64,000 nucleotides of DNA, from NCBI GenBank assembly GCA_951406725.2, contig OX597825.1, forward strand, positions 65,410,001-65,474,000, written 5' to 3'. Source of the stretch: Octopus vulgaris. Its lineage: Eukaryota. The notes under the pieces are model-generated. The model did not search any database. It had not been told where the DNA came from and worked only from the letters and a program-made list of their open reading frames with translations. Positions 1 through 14,928 of this stretch are shown piece after piece. Position 1 is the first letter of the stretch. Each line of letters begins with the position of its first letter. Position numbers and translations under genes: made by a program.

Positions 1-61
1 ACGCACACACACATATACATACACATACTCACTCACATTCACATGCACACTTATATATTAT

Positions 62-398
62 TCTTTTATTCTTTTCATTCATTTGACTGCGACCATGCTG
101 AAGCACGCATTTAGTCGAACAAATCGACTCCAGGACTTATTCTTTGTAAGCCTTGTACTCATTGTATCGGTCTCTTTTGCCGAACCGCTACGTTACGGGG
201 ACGAAAACACACCAACATCGGTGGTCAAGCGATGATTGAGGGACAAACAGATGCACAAATATATACACGTATACATGCATATATATATATATATGTATAG
301 ACAAGTGAAGACACTTGTACAAGGTGCCATGCAGTGGAATGAACCCAGAACCATGTAGTTGGGAAGCAGGATTCATAAAATACAACCACACCTGCGCC
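62..398 (-). mobile_element. tRNA-derived SINE family A (internal (TA)n)
   Basis: Reverse complement of ggcgcaggtgtgg...catggttctgggttc...gcagtcaaatga. Other copies: about 5320-5700(-), 7755-8110(-), 33781-34164(+), 37195-37566(-), 51555-51890(+). Confidence 0.8.
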
Positions 399-1111
399 TG
401 TGGTATATATATATATATATATATTTACATATATATATACATATGTATGTACATATGTATGTATGCATGTATGTATGTATGAATATATCTGTGTATATAT
501 ATATATATATATACATATACATACATACATACATATGTGTGTGAGATCTGTGTGTGTGTGTATATGTGACTTTGTATGTGTGTGCTTGCATGTGTGAGTG
601 TGCACATGTTTGTGTTTTCTTGTCTCCACATTCAATGATTGGTGTAAATGAGCATCACTGTCATGCAAGCAATATAATTTATTTCCAATATTCTGCAAAA
701 ACATGTCTGGCCGTGGGAAAAATATTATCTTGCTTGGAAACCGGTGACATGTTTGGTGACATGAATGTTATCAGACCATAGAAAAAATCTACCTTAATAA
801 ACTCTCTTCGATCCATGCAAACAAGGAAAAGTGACCGTTAACATAACTACGATGATGATGATGATGAGGAGGAGGAGGAGGAGGAGGAGAATGAAGAAGG
901 AAAACGATGACAAAGAGGAAGAAGAAATGTATTGTAATCGGCATATTAGTTTCAATAGATGAGAATGTATTGCTTAAAGAAATGGGGAAAGTGCTCGAAA
1001 AACAGAGATCTAGAAATAGACCCGAATGCGGAACCTGAAGAGAGAAAAGAATATTCTTGATCAGAAAAGAACATGCAGACAAACACAAAATACTAAGACG
1101 TATGAATTTTT

Positions 1112-1421
1112 ATCACCGTCACCGTGACCGACCAGGCTATCAGATGTTGCAACACATCGCTGGTCACAATGCGCTTCGCATTATTTTAGCCTTCAAATGA
1201 CGCCACCCCGCTGGCTAAGCGAGCAGGCCAACAGAAGAAAGAGTGAGAGAAAGTTGTGGGGAAAGAGTTCAGCAGGGATCGACACCACCCCCTGCCGGAG
1301 ACTCGTGGAGCTTTAGGTGATTTCGTTCAATAAACACTCCCAACGCCCGGTCTGGGAATCGAAACCGCGATCCTACAACCGCGCGTCCGCTGCACTCACC
1401 ACTGGGCCATTGCGCCTCCAC
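1112..1421 (-). mobile_element. tRNA(Arg)-like SINE (family B)
   Basis: Reverse complement of the head ggaggcgcaatggcccagtggt...gtttcgattccc with A/B boxes; near-identical to 11081-11392. Confidence 0.85.
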
Positions 1422-1586
1422 ATGAATTTATATAACATACAAAAAACAATATTGCTAGGCAATTTTCGAATTCTGCGTAGAGCACTTTCAGTATAATAGA
1501 AATAATATCACAGAAACAAACCACTCCACATACACAAGGCACAACGAGTTGAACTCGTTACTGCAGAGAAAAATGCAATAAAAATA

Positions 1587-2149
1587 TTAGGTTGTCCGGA
1601 AAGTTCGTGCCGATTATTAAAGGAAAGAAAAAAAGTCAATAAATACTTGCCATTACATTTAATTTTTAATCAACCAAACATGAAACATTTTGTTGCACAA
1701 TGCATCTCCATCTTTCCTTTAACTTGAAAATACTCTCTTCCCAGGATTGAGGTGGTTTCATGGCAAAGAATCCATCAAGGTATCTTTTTACGTAATCCAA
1801 GGAATTGAAATTTTTACCATTAAGACTATTCTGCAGAGACCTGAATAAGTGGAAATCTGAAGGAGCAATATCTGGTGAATATCGAGGGTAGGGTAACATC
1901 CCAGCCGAGCTGCAGCAATTTCTCTATTTATTTATTTATTTATTTATTTATATTTTTAGTTCCCAAAGCATCAAGTGCCGAAAATGAACTTTCTTATCTT
2001 CCATTTAAAGGGTTACAGAATTAACACAGGTTATAGGAACATAAACCTTCTTCCACGAAAAGATAGCTTAAACAATGACTCAACCATGTTCTAAAATAAG
2101 TCGAAATGTAAGCTACTATAAATCGGCACGAACTTTCCGGAAAACCAAA
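1587..2149 (-). mobile_element. Internally deleted Mariner element
   Basis: About 29-bp TIRs (TTAGGTTGTCCGGAAAGTTCGTGCCGATT / AATCGGCACGAACTTTCCGGAAAACCAAA) with TA flanks; ORF 1666-1899 carries the YSPDIAPSDFHLF Mariner catalytic motif. Confidence 0.92.
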
Positions 2150-3320
2150 TAAAACAATTGAATAATAATAATGTTTATCTTCTGAATAAGATGAAGTCAG
2201 TCTTCCATCAAATTTCAATCATTTATTTTGTGAAGACTGTTTTCCCATAGGCTTTATAAGAGATTGATATGGATTTCATATCTGTGAATAATTCATAAAA
2301 AGTACCTCAGCTTGGAAATTGGATGTTTGTATCATTAGCGAGCTGCCAGAATCTTTAATTCGAGAGGGCAGAATGCTTAGCGGTATTTCAACCGTCTTTA
2401 CTTTCTGAGCTCAAATCCCACTACGGTCGACCTTGCCTTTCATCCCTTTCGGGTTCGATAATGTATGTACCAGATCACTGCTAGGGTCGATGTAATCGAC
2501 TTAGACCCTCTTCAGAACTTGCTCGCCTTGTGCCAAAATTTGGAGGCAATATTATGTAGAAAGGGAACAGCAGGTTATGAAACCCAGATTTATATACCTG
2601 TAGATAATTAAAGATTGCTCGGTGGCAAATTTATCAATATGAATAAAAAAAAAGTCGATGAATTGATTGACTCGTGTAATAAAACACAGGTTTCTTTTCA
2701 TAATATAAAAAAAAACAATGGCTATGACGTAACTGGAAATTGTATTTCAAAAATGTTTTATAAGGTCAGAAATAATGGAATGACGGGTCAGTGAAACTTA
2801 ACATTGGAAATCTGATTCGTAGGCATTTTTAATTAATTAAAGATCTGTTAAATAATGAAGACCAGTTTGATGTCTGATATAATTTTTTTTTTCTTTTTGA
2901 TAGGAAATTAAAAATGGTTTCGTGTGCGCAAACATTGTGTGAATTTTATTCGTTCGGACACAATTATCGAGTTTTATGTGCTAGCTTCATATCAAAGAAT
3001 TATAGTGTAATCGACTGCTAACTTATTTTAAATATAGGTGAAGGCGTGGCCGTGCGGTAAGAAGTTTAGTTCTCAACCGCATGGTTCCGGTTTCACTTAG
3101 TCTACCTGCTTCAAACCACCGCATCATTAATTATATTAGTTGTCATCTTCATTGTCATTATGGTGTTGAAGGTGGTGACCGTGTTGATCACGATAATGAC
3201 GACGACGACGGTGGTGGTGGTGGTGCGTGTGAGAAAGTCAGTGATGATTATGATCATGATGATGAGGATGATAATGATAATGATAGTGGTGTTGCTGCTG
3301 CCGCTGCTACTGCTGCAGGA

Positions 3321-3352
<32 letters not shown>

Positions 3353-3458
3353 GAGGCTACACTGCTTTATGTATTATTCTCTATTTAAGATGATAACGAA
3401 TGATTTCAGAAAGATTTCACTGCTATTTTCGGAAGTTCCAACATCCACTTAGTGGCAG

Positions 3459-3935
3459 GAGAAGAAAGAAGAAGAAGAAGAAGAAGAAGAAGAAGAAGAA
3501 GGAGGAGGAGGAGGAGAAAGAGAAGAAGAAGGAGAAGGAGGAGGAGGAGGAGGAGGAGGAGGAAGAGAAGAAGAAGAAGAAGAAGAAGAAGAAGAAGATG
3601 GATGAAGAAGAAGAAGATGGATGAAGAAGAAGAAGATGGATGAAGAAGAATATGGATGAAGAAGATGGAAAAAGAAGAAGAAGAAGAAGAAGAAGAAGAA
3701 GAAGGAGAAGGAGGAGAAGAAGAAGAAGAAGAAGAAGAAGAAGAAGGAGAAGGAGAAGAAGAAGAAAGAGAAGAAGGAGGAGGAGGAGGAGGAGGAAGAG
3801 AAGAAGAACAAGAACAAGAAGAAGATGGATGAAGAAGAAGAAGATGGATGAAGAAGATGGAAGAAGAAGAAAAAGAAGAAGAAGAAGAAGCAGAGGAGCA
3901 GGTGGAGAAAAGAAGATAAAGAGAAAGAAGGAGTA
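3459..3935 (+). repeat. (GAA/GGA)n polypurine tract
   Basis: About 470 bp almost purely purine on +. Confidence 0.95.
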
Positions 3936-4767
3936 GAACAAGGATATTAACAACAAGAGCAAGAAAACTATAAAGAACAACAATATCCAGTAGAATAAGA
4001 AGTGGAAGAATGTCTGGTTGTTCCAAATATAATAGAGAAAATTTGTTATGATAAGTGAGTGGTGATAGGCTGGGTGTAGCTGGTATGTAGATGTGGTGGG
4101 TGGTGTTTCAATCATTAAGACTTCCTTAGCCTTAGACATTAGGGCCCAATTGTTATTTTACAGAACGGCACAGCGAAATCACTTCACACGCTACTTAAAT
4201 ATACATTGTATTGCAGCACTTAACGATGAGAGAAGGTGGGTAGATGTGGAGAGATGCGGAGTCAGTGAAAAAAAAAAGGGGAACAAATGGAAGAGAAATA
4301 TGTAGAAACTAAGTGAGTGAGTGAGTGAGTGAAAGAGAGAAAAGAGGAAGAATGGAAGGAGAGAAGATGTGAGGGTTGGAAGGAAGCGGGAAGAACGGGA
4401 GCTGAGAGAGAGCAGAAGTGAAGGAAAAATTGATAAAGCGGGGGAAAAGATGAGGAGAAAGGAATGAGAACACGGATTTCGTTTTACTTCATGTCCACAT
4501 ACGCGCATAGAAGCTAAAAATCTACGCTCTTTTGCTCTCTTACTCGTTTCAGCCATACAGCTGCGATGGAATATATATATATATACATATAAGCAATGGC
4601 GGTGCCTCAGCATGGCCGCAGCCTCAAGGCTGAAGTATATAAAAGAATAGAAGAATATATATATATATATATATATATATATCTTCCTTCTTTCCTGAGC
4701 GTCCAATAATACTTTATTTGTTCCACGTCCTTGCGTTGTTGTGTTTTTTTTGTTTTCTTGTTTGGAT

Positions 4768-4816
<49 letters not shown>

Positions 4817-4862
4817 GCGTCCATGTATCTGCTTCGGTGTGTAAATGTGTATGTGTGTATGA

Positions 4863-4908
<46 letters not shown>

Positions 4909-4959
4909 GTGTGTGTGTGTATGTATAACACGTATGCGTGTATGTGCTTCTGTGTGTGA

Positions 4960-5034
<75 letters not shown>

Positions 5035-5165
5035 CGTGTGTGTGTATATATGTATATGCATAAACACATTTATATAGAGTTATAAATTATATGCGCGTGT
5101 GTGTGATATAAAGAAATCTGCATGATCTTTCCCCATATATATAATATATATAAATGTGTGTGCGA

Positions 5166-5238
<73 letters not shown>

Positions 5239-5520
5239 TATATAGTTGGAATTTACAAAAAAAAACAACAAAAGACGAAGATGGGTGTGTAAACAGTAAA
5301 CAGATGTATTAGTTTATATATTCTTTTACTTGTTACAGTCATTTCACTGCGGCCATACTAGAGCACCGCCTTAAAGGGTTTTCGACCCATAGACTTATTT
5401 TTTAAAGCCTAGTACTCATAGGTCTCTTTCGGCAAAGCGCTAAGTTTCGGGGACATAAACACACCAGCATCGCTTGTCAAACGATGGCGAGAGAACAAAC
5501 ACAGACACACACTCACATGA

Positions 5521-5580
<60 letters not shown>

Positions 5581-8255
5581 CACACACAGACGACGGACTT
5601 CTTTCGGTGTCCGCCTATCAAATCCACTCACAAGGCTACAGTAGACGCCCAAGGTGCCACGCAGTGGAACTGAACCCGGAACCATGTGGTTGGAAAGCAT
5701 TCTTCTTTATTTCATTATATTGGCCATAAAGGCCTTACATAGAGAAAGGAAGCTGTGGCCTGGACACTGACATAATGTTATATGAAATGAAAAATGAAAA
5801 TGATGATTAATGGAGGAAAAAGCGACGCCCGCCAATCGTTCTTTCCCGATAACATTGATCTCATATTATTCATAAGGTAACAAACCTCTTACATTGTTCA
5901 CAATATTCAATAACAAAATGAGGCACTAAGCCTCTTCCCTTTCTTTTTCCAAACTAGGAACTTTCAATAACACTGAGGCTTTTCAACCTCTTATCCATAT
6001 TCCTCCCCAACATCGCTTGTGACCCCATCCTCCGCCATCACACACGCCTCATTCAAGCACAAAGCAGTTGTTGTGTCTTCCATTATCTTGATAGGCGTTC
6101 TACAACTGGAGCTACATTTTAGATATGTTGTTCTTACCAGCGATAATACTATGTTTTTGACGACATAAGAATTTAGAAACTTGGAGAGCATGAAATAATA
6201 CTTTTCTGGAATGGTCTCTCTCGAAGCAGATAACGCTATTTATATAATAACTACATTGTGTCTACGTGCGTGCGTTTATGTGTGTGTATGTGTACTGTTG
6301 GTTGAATATAAATACTTTTTATTCGGTCAGTGGGACACAAAATGTTTATAATTAATGAGTTTCATGAAACACTTATGTGCATACTGCTCTTTAATACTCA
6401 ATCAAAATTTCTCGTTGGAATTATATCGCAAACAAACACCAAATATAGGACAAAAATATGTTATTCCAATTAACCTGTTACACTTGAGATTCTGCTCTCT
6501 TTTGGTTCCTTCTTATTTCAATTTCCTTTCCAGAAACACTAACACAGATCCTTGATAAATTAGAAAACTCCGATATCAAGAATATCACAACATACTATAT
6601 TCCTTCCACATCATTCTCAAAATCACACATGCTTGCACCAAATACCACCACGCACCGTCCATCATTTCCCAATCAGTCTCATACTCTGCCTTAACCACCC
6701 TGCTCCTCATACTTCCTCGCCAACAGAAACTCCAATAATACTCAAGTGAAACAGCCGTTGATTTGATACTATGAGACAAATCCTACCTAGAGCACATTAC
6801 TACATAATGACAGCGCTTTTTGATACATAACTACTTCTTAATTAAGAACAAGGCTAGAAAATTTTAGGGATTCGAATTAGTTGGTGCCATCGACTCTGGT
6901 ATTTCATTGATGCTTTAATTTATCAACAGCAGAGGTATGAAAGGTAAAGTAGATCTCAGTAGAATGTGAAACAAATAAAACACTACAAAGAATTTGCTTT
7001 GAACTCTATAATTCCTCAGCCAATCCTCCGACATTTTTACTTCTAATAATCATTTCTGGTTAAGGCACAATATTTCTGAATTGGGGTTACTCAAGGCATT
7101 GGATTTCAGTACCTGAGGGATACACTTCGACTCCGGTGGGCTAAAAGGTAAAGCTGAACTTGGCGATATTTGAACTTAATACTTGTTGATACCTAATAAA
7201 TCATAAACTGCACTAAACTTTAGTGTAACTTATTTAATAAACGGGCGATCACTGGTGCGGAAATACTACATCGGACTTAACATATGTATAGGCAAAACTG
7301 CTGAGAATTCACATAGTCCGTGTAAGCTATATCATGTTTGTTTCCTGAAACACGCTTCAGAAATGAAGTAACATGGTGTACTTTTACACGTTCTCGAGCG
7401 GCAACAAGCCGATGTGACAAATTACACGTTCACACCACTAATACACACGCACCCACACTCACACGCATACAATCACACGCACATACATACATGCACACAT
7501 ATATTTACATTCTACAATCAGGTTTTTTTTCAGTTGTTGCCTTGTAGAACCACTCAAAAGGTTTCGGTTGGTCTGGGGCTGTATGTACCTTATATACATA
7601 TAAATATATCCGTATGCATACCCACATCTACACGCATATATCAATTTACATGAACATATAACTATATGCATACCTATATATACATATCTCTATGTCTTTC
7701 CATCCCTCTCAATATATATATATACATTCTCTTTTACTATATATATATATTCTCTTTTACTTTTTATCTCTTTTGTTTCAGTCATTTGACTGCGGCCATG
7801 CTGGAGCACCGCCTAGGACTTATTGTTTGTAAACCTAGTACTTATTTTATCGGTCTCTTTTGCCGAACCGCTAAGTTACGGGGACGTAAACACACCAGCA
7901 TAGGTTGTCAAGCGATGTTGGGGGACAAACACAGACACACATATACACAGATACGACGTGATTCTTTCAGTTTCCGTCTACCAAATTCACTCACAAGGCT
8001 TTGGTTAGCCCGAGGCTATAGTAGAAGACACTTGCTCAAGGTGCCACGCAGTGGGAATGAACCCGGAACCATGTGATTTGTAAGCAAGCTACTTACCACA
8101 CTGTCACTCCTATATATATATATATATGTATATAATTTCAGTAAAACAATTAAGATTCAAGTGAGTTCCAATGAATTCACATGAATGTGGTACTGTTCTT
8201 CGAATGAAACAATTGTACTGAACAACTAATCCATTCTTGTTGCTTTTTTATTGAA

Positions 8256-8311
<56 letters not shown>

Positions 8312-9487
8312 TGGCTATACTAGTTGTATTTCAATGCAAAGAAAGACAGAGAGGAAATAATGGAAGAGAGAGAGATAAGTATGCAGAACGGGGGTAAGTG
8401 AAGAAGCTAATAACAAAAATAATTACAAGGTTGGTGAAGCTCTTCATTTCACAATAGAATCCTAGAATTGATAAAGAAGTCATATAAAATTTATTACCAA
8501 CTTTCACAGGGGAGATAAATAAGATAAACGCAATCGAAATTTCTAGTGTGTAACTAAGCAGAATCGAGGATTACGAGCAGGAAGGAAGATTTATCCTGAT
8601 GATACTTGCAGCTTAGTTTGATTCCTTAAATATTACTAGGTGGAGAAAAGGAATGTTTAAGATAATACTCTATAGGAGGTTGTTTATTACAGCCATTGAA
8701 TAAAAAATATAAAGACACTCAAGATATAAGAACGTTAGCTATGAGCAATGCCTACGTATGAAAATGGTACAAATTTACGTGGCATTTCGAGTAAAGTGAA
8801 ACAGAGAGATGCCATGAGAATACAAGTAAAGAAGAAGGGTGGTCTGTAGCACAAATATCATGTTACTTAGAAATATTTCACAGAAAAAGCGTACAAATAT
8901 TTACCCGCTTATCTCTTCTAATGACAAATACCTCTTGGGAAAATTTTGCTAGATTATTTCATAGTCTAGCGCATACTGTTCCGTTTCACTTTAGCTACTT
9001 ATCTCGATGTGAATGAAGGTAGTCGAGAGCTGCGAGGGATTAACACAACAACACTTCCGATTATAATTTACCTGATTACGTCTGTCATTTTGCAAACAGT
9101 GAAATGCTTGAGATTCACCTGAGATATATATCAAACTAAATATCTTGACAATTTAATCCAGGAACCATTTCGTTTAAATTACCAACTTCCTGCGCATATA
9201 ACACGGTGAAAAAATGGGACATCGTCAAACATGGTTTAGTTGTTTTCACTAATCATCAAGAGAATTTTTTTTTTAATTCTTTCTTATTTCGAAGGAGGTT
9301 TATAGTCAATTACATTGTCTCCTGTATTTGATTGTTACTTTATTTTTAACGACCCTGAAATGGTAAAAGGCGAAGCTGATTTGAACGAAATTTGAACTCA
9401 CAATGTGAAGAGCTGGGAGAAATGTTCTAAGCATTTTGTCCAACGTGCTAACAATTCTGCGAACTCACAATAATAATAATAATGATG

Positions 9488-9542
<55 letters not shown>

Positions 9543-11080
9543 TAATAATCCTTTCTGTTATAGGCACAAGGCCTGAAATTTGTGGGGAGGGAGTAAGTCG
9601 ATCACATCGACCCCAGTACTTGACTGGTACTTATTTTATCGACCCCGAGAGGATGAAAGGCAAAGTCGACCTTTGAAACAAGGTCTGAAATTTGTGGGGA
9701 GAGGGTAAGTCGATCACATCGACCCCAGTACTTGACTGGTGCTTATTTTATAGACCCCGAGAGGATGAAAGGCAAAGTCGATCTCGGCGGATTTGAACTC
9801 AGATATGAACGAGCCACCAGGCACAATGCATACGTAGACATACAGTAAGCTTTCATAGATTTAAGACATCAGTTGAAAAGCCATCACTAAAACTTCTATA
9901 TTCATGAAATTAGAGAATGAACCTCTTTCAGGGGGTCATTACGAACCTGAATAAAAAAAAATAACAAGGTAGATAACTACAATGAAATCATACAACAATA
10001 GAACAATAACGCAACTACTAGTTGCCATAAGTAACCAGAGCCTTCATTAGTAGTCAATGAATGGTAGTATTTCGTTCATTTCTGTTGCAGGAAAAAGAAC
10101 ACCCGCAATATCATGGTATACTTTTCATATGTTCAATGTTACGACAACTGAAGTAGAACGCTCGCCCTATATAATGTTACGGTCTCTTTCGTTTTTAGAA
10201 CAGAACTTACTTCTACTCAAAGCTACAACTGCCTCCGTCCGCGAACTAACAATGCCATCTGTCATTGGTCAATAAATTTGCTACCAAATAGTAACCAAAT
10301 TTGTCTTTACTTATCACTTAACGTACCCCTGTCAACAAAAAATACTATCTGTGATAATATTGTATGACGAAGCATTAAATACACAATGCATTGCAAAAAA
10401 ACATAACTTGCTCGCAGCTAGTAAAGTTGTTATCACAGGAGTAATCAATCAGGTGTGACTTGATGCTGTATTCAACAACAAATTATTACCATGATTACAG
10501 AAAATAATGGGTTTCTAATTAGACGCATGGCCTGCACAAGTTAATAGTTCTATAAACTTTAATAGATTCTTTAATACTTTCAAAATGTGGAAAACTTATT
10601 CTGAATACAGAACCTAATAGAATTAGAATTAGCACAATGTTATAAATTTAGCCTCCAGACAAATTTCATTGGCTCTAGTAATGAAGCGGATGATTTAGCT
10701 CTCCTCCATATTCGTTACTTCTTTCTCCAGAATATTATATGTATAGCCTCGCGGTTTATGGTAAAAGTGCGGTAGAAATTGTAATATCTTTATATTTTAC
10801 AAAAATTTTTATTCAACCTAATTAAAAACGAAATGATATTATTTGGATAATTTCCAGAAGTGAAATTCAGCATTCAAATAAGTATACTCTCCAAGCTAGT
10901 TTTCTTCTCTCTCTTTCTTTTTTTTTTTTATTTTTAGAAATGGATGCAGGAAAAGGTTAATTCTTATTTTTCACAAAAGCATTTTTATACGTATATTTCT
11001 CAGATATTTAGTTTAATAACAACTTAGAATTCTCATATTATACCATTAGGTTGTAATTATATCATTATTAGAACCAGGTG

Positions 11081-11392
11081 TGGAGGCGCAATGGCCCGGT
11101 GGTTAGGACAGCGGACTCACGGTCGTAGGATCGCGGTTTCGATTCCCAGACCGGGCGTTGTGAGTGTTTATTGGGCAAAAACATCTAAAGCGCCACCAGG
11201 TTCCGGCAGGGGGGGTGGTGATCCCTGCTGTACTCTTTCGCCACAACTCTCTCACTCTTTCTTCTGTTGGCCTACTCGCTTAGCCGGCGGGGTGGCGTCA
11301 TTTGAAGGCTAAAACAATGCGAAGCACATTGTGACCAGCCAGCGGTGTGTAGCAACATCTGATAGCCTGGTCGGTCATGGTGATCACGGTGA
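11081..11392 (+). mobile_element. tRNA(Arg)-like SINE (family B)
   Basis: tRNA-like head followed by a body matching 1112-1421. Confidence 0.85.
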
Positions 11393-11393
11393 T

Positions 11394-11446
<53 letters not shown>

Positions 11447-12559
11447 TATTAAAACAGAGCCTTAAACACATACATATACGACGGTTTTCCACACAGTTTC
11501 TATCATTCGAATTCACTCACAATGCATTGGCTGGTCACGGGCTTAGTAGAGAACACTACCCTAAGGTGCCGTACAGTGGGACCGAATCCAAAACAATGCG
11601 GTTGCAACGCGAGCTTCTGAATCATACAGCCATACCAGCACCTCTATACACTATGTCTGAACATATAAAGATGGAACGATTATGGCTTGAATTCATTGAT
11701 CTGTGTGACTAGGCCTGGCTTATGCGGAATCCACTGCAATAAATATTTTACTGCTTCAAGCTACTGGACTGTGGCCAAGCTGGTGCAGTATCAACTATCC
11801 ACGTTTTATTAATATTTTTTTCTCTAAAATATAACTATGACTTTTCAAAGCTACGTAAGAGAAAATATACAGTTATGGCTGCAGTAATACTGAATATAGA
11901 AATCTAGAGAAGTGTTAGATTACCGTACGCGGGAAGGATAAAAATTCTAACGTTTCGGATATTTGCCTTTCATCACACAATTAGAAAAATAAAGAAAAAT
12001 GTAGGTTATAAAATAATGCAGACCATCACACGTTTTCTTGCATACCAGAGGATATTACCCAGTAATAATTAGTATTAGTAAGCTAAACTAAGTTTCTGTA
12101 GGCGAACACTACTTGGTTCATAAGATATCAGGACCCACCTCAATGCACCAGTGAAGCAACGTTCGAAAGTAGCTCTTAGTTTACGCCCAGGAATTTATTT
12201 TTTCATGCTACTTGAACAATGTGGAGAGAATTCTAATGGCTTGCTAATTTTTATGTAAAACTATTTATTGCAACTCAGCAAAGAGGCTAATACAGAGTGT
12301 GATTTCAATGTACAAGAATGAATGTATGTTTTGTGTGTGTGTTTGTGTGTGTGTACTTGTGACTGAGACAAATGTTCGAAGAAAGTGAACCAAAAAAAAG
12401 AGAAAAGACAGACAGGCTGACAGGCAAGCAGATAGACAAAACATTACAAATACTTTTGTGAGCCAGCATTTTTTTAATACGTGAGTGTTTATGTATGGAA
12501 AGGAAAGACAGACACGGAGTGAGATTTTATAAATATGTATGCATGCACATATACGCACA

Positions 12560-12616
<57 letters not shown>

Positions 12617-12812
12617 TAATGTATAAAGACATATTCACATATATAAAAAAAGGCATATATGTGAATATATGTATGTATGTATGTATGTATTTATGTACGT
12701 ATGTATGTATCTATATACGTGTGTGAATGATTAAAGTTTTGAATATGCGTATGGTTAATTATTTACATTATTTACATTTGACGGATATTTATCCTCATCT
12801 TGTTTCTTGTTA

Positions 12813-12855
12813 ACACAACGTTTCGGCTGATTACCCTCCAACCTTCATCAGGTGT
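12813..12855 (-). ncRNA. Minimal type I hammerhead motif (Penelope-type)
   Basis: Minus strand ACAC-CTGATGA-A-GGTTG-gagggtaat-CAGCC-GAAAC-GTT-GTGT; palindromic AACGTT stem III. Confidence 0.72.
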
Positions 12856-12895
12856 CTTGGGGAAATTTCGAACCTGGGTTCTCATTCCTAAGGTA

Positions 12896-12931
<36 letters not shown>

Positions 12932-12933
<2 letters not shown>

Positions 12934-13420
12934 TAGTTTTATTTTTATAGCGTGCTTTCACTTCACTACCGAGCGCAGCTCTGTGTGCCTTGGGTATGTG
13001 CTGTGATTTGTTGTGATGCTCTGATGGTTATTGTATGGAAAGTGTTCTGCGTAGGATGTGCAGTGCCTAGTAGTGCAATTTTCTGTATGTTATATGTGTT
13101 TGTAAGTCCTGGTGTTTTTGTTATGTATTTGTCTGAATATTTTTTTATCATGCCTAATGCACCTACTATGATAGGAATTGTTTCTGTTTTCAGGTTCCAC
13201 ATTCTAGTTATCTCTATTTCCAGGTCTTTGTATTTTGAGAGTTTCTCCATTTCTTTTAGAGACACGTTGTCATCTGCCGGTATTGATACATCAATTAGAA
13301 AGCATTTTTTTTTTTTCTTCATGATCTCTGACATCTATATCTGGTCTGTTGGCCTTAATTTCTCTATCTGTGTGTATCGGCATATCCCAGAGTATGGTTG
13401 CTTTCTCGTTTTCTGTGACC
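12932..13420 (-). mobile_element. 3' fragment of R4/Dong-type non-LTR retrotransposon (restriction-like endonuclease)
   Basis: CFLIDVSIPADDNV...EKLSKYKDL...PIIVGALG...IQKIALLGTAH; (TTA)n on both sides. Confidence 0.85.
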
Positions 13421-13437
13421 TTTTATTATTATTATTA

Positions 13438-13476
<39 letters not shown>

Positions 13477-14024
13477 TCAGTGTCTGAAATCGAACTCGGA
13501 ATCTTGGGGTTAGTAGCCCGCGCTCTTAACCACGACACTATAAACGTATGATTGTAAAAGAAACCAAAAAGAAATCGAGACAGACGTAGAGAATTCGCAA
13601 AAGCGTATACGTGTGATTGTTTGTATGTTTGTTTGTTTGTGTGTGCATATGTCTGCGTGTGTGTGTTGCTGTTGTTCATGTGTAAATTGTAGTTTAAACA
13701 TTGGTATGTATCTGAATATGTATATGCTCGTGTATGAGACTAGCGTGCCAAGATGTTCGTATTAAAGGAAAATTTGTTTAGCTTACATGTAATGGCTGTC
13801 ATAAGTATATTTTACATGGACATATGGAATATAAAATATAATTCTTTTATTAATTTACTGCTGTCAATCATCAAACTATGGCGTGGTGGGGGTACAACCT
13901 TCGAGGTTTAAGTCGATGACATCGGCTCCAGTATTTAAAGCAGTCTGGTATTTATTGTACAGACATTTATTTATATATTTATATAACTCCTAATTTGCAG
14001 TAGAAAAATTGCTCAACACACATG

Positions 14025-14063
<39 letters not shown>

Positions 14064-14253
14064 ACATACGTATGTGTGTGAAGATACATACATACATACA
14101 TACATACATACATGCATACATATGTTCATAAATGCAGGCATGCATATACACTGACCCACACAAACACATACATATTCACATATAGGCACATAAATATACA
14201 TACACATATATGTGTGTGTTTTATGCATGCGTATGTATTATAGTGAATATGAT

Positions 14254-14343
<90 letters not shown>

Positions 14344-14928
14344 TCGGAAGTACTTAACGGTATTTACATAAAGAACATTGCCACTTCGCACCAGCTGAAC
14401 TCCTGGAAATAGTTGAAAGCTTTTAACGGCTTCACTCCCTGGGGTGAGAAAAAGGGGAAGAGAGGGAGCGGGGGATAAGAGACCATATTTCACAAAGTTA
14501 ATATCTTAAGAAGACCGACAGCACCCTTGACATTGAATGATATGCAAATTTCCGTTTTTGGCGCCTCTGCAAACTAGTAAGGTGTCTATCCCCTTCCTTC
14601 CGTGTTACGATTAGGATAAGGTACTGCAGCAGCTGTGTTCAAATAGCCACAATTCTTCATTTGTTGTACAGTAATACTTAAAGAATTTAAATGCATTCAG
14701 ATATTGCTTGAATATTCTTGTGCGCAATAAAAAACAATAAGATAGACTTTTAGAAAACAGAAAGAGCAGTCAAATTGCCCTGAAAACAAAAACGATTCAT
14801 TGGTTGGTTATTTCAATGCTTGAAGTTGTTTGAAGTTCTCATGCAGGGTCAATATAAGGCTAAACAAATATAATTCTGGCATATATAAGTTTTAATTGTG
14901 TGCGTGTGTGTATATGTCTAGGTATGTA

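Noticed and set aside
3081-4139. Long ORFs over GAT/GAA repeats
   Set aside because: Homopolymeric translations of trinucleotide microsatellites.
10091-10275. Upstream exon of the Ig gene after tttctgttgcag
   Set aside because: No Ig strand-B Cys motif or signal peptide recognised, and no convincing donor.
11081-11160. tRNA gene
   Set aside because: tRNA-like head continues into a repeated SINE body; no proper acceptor stem or terminator.
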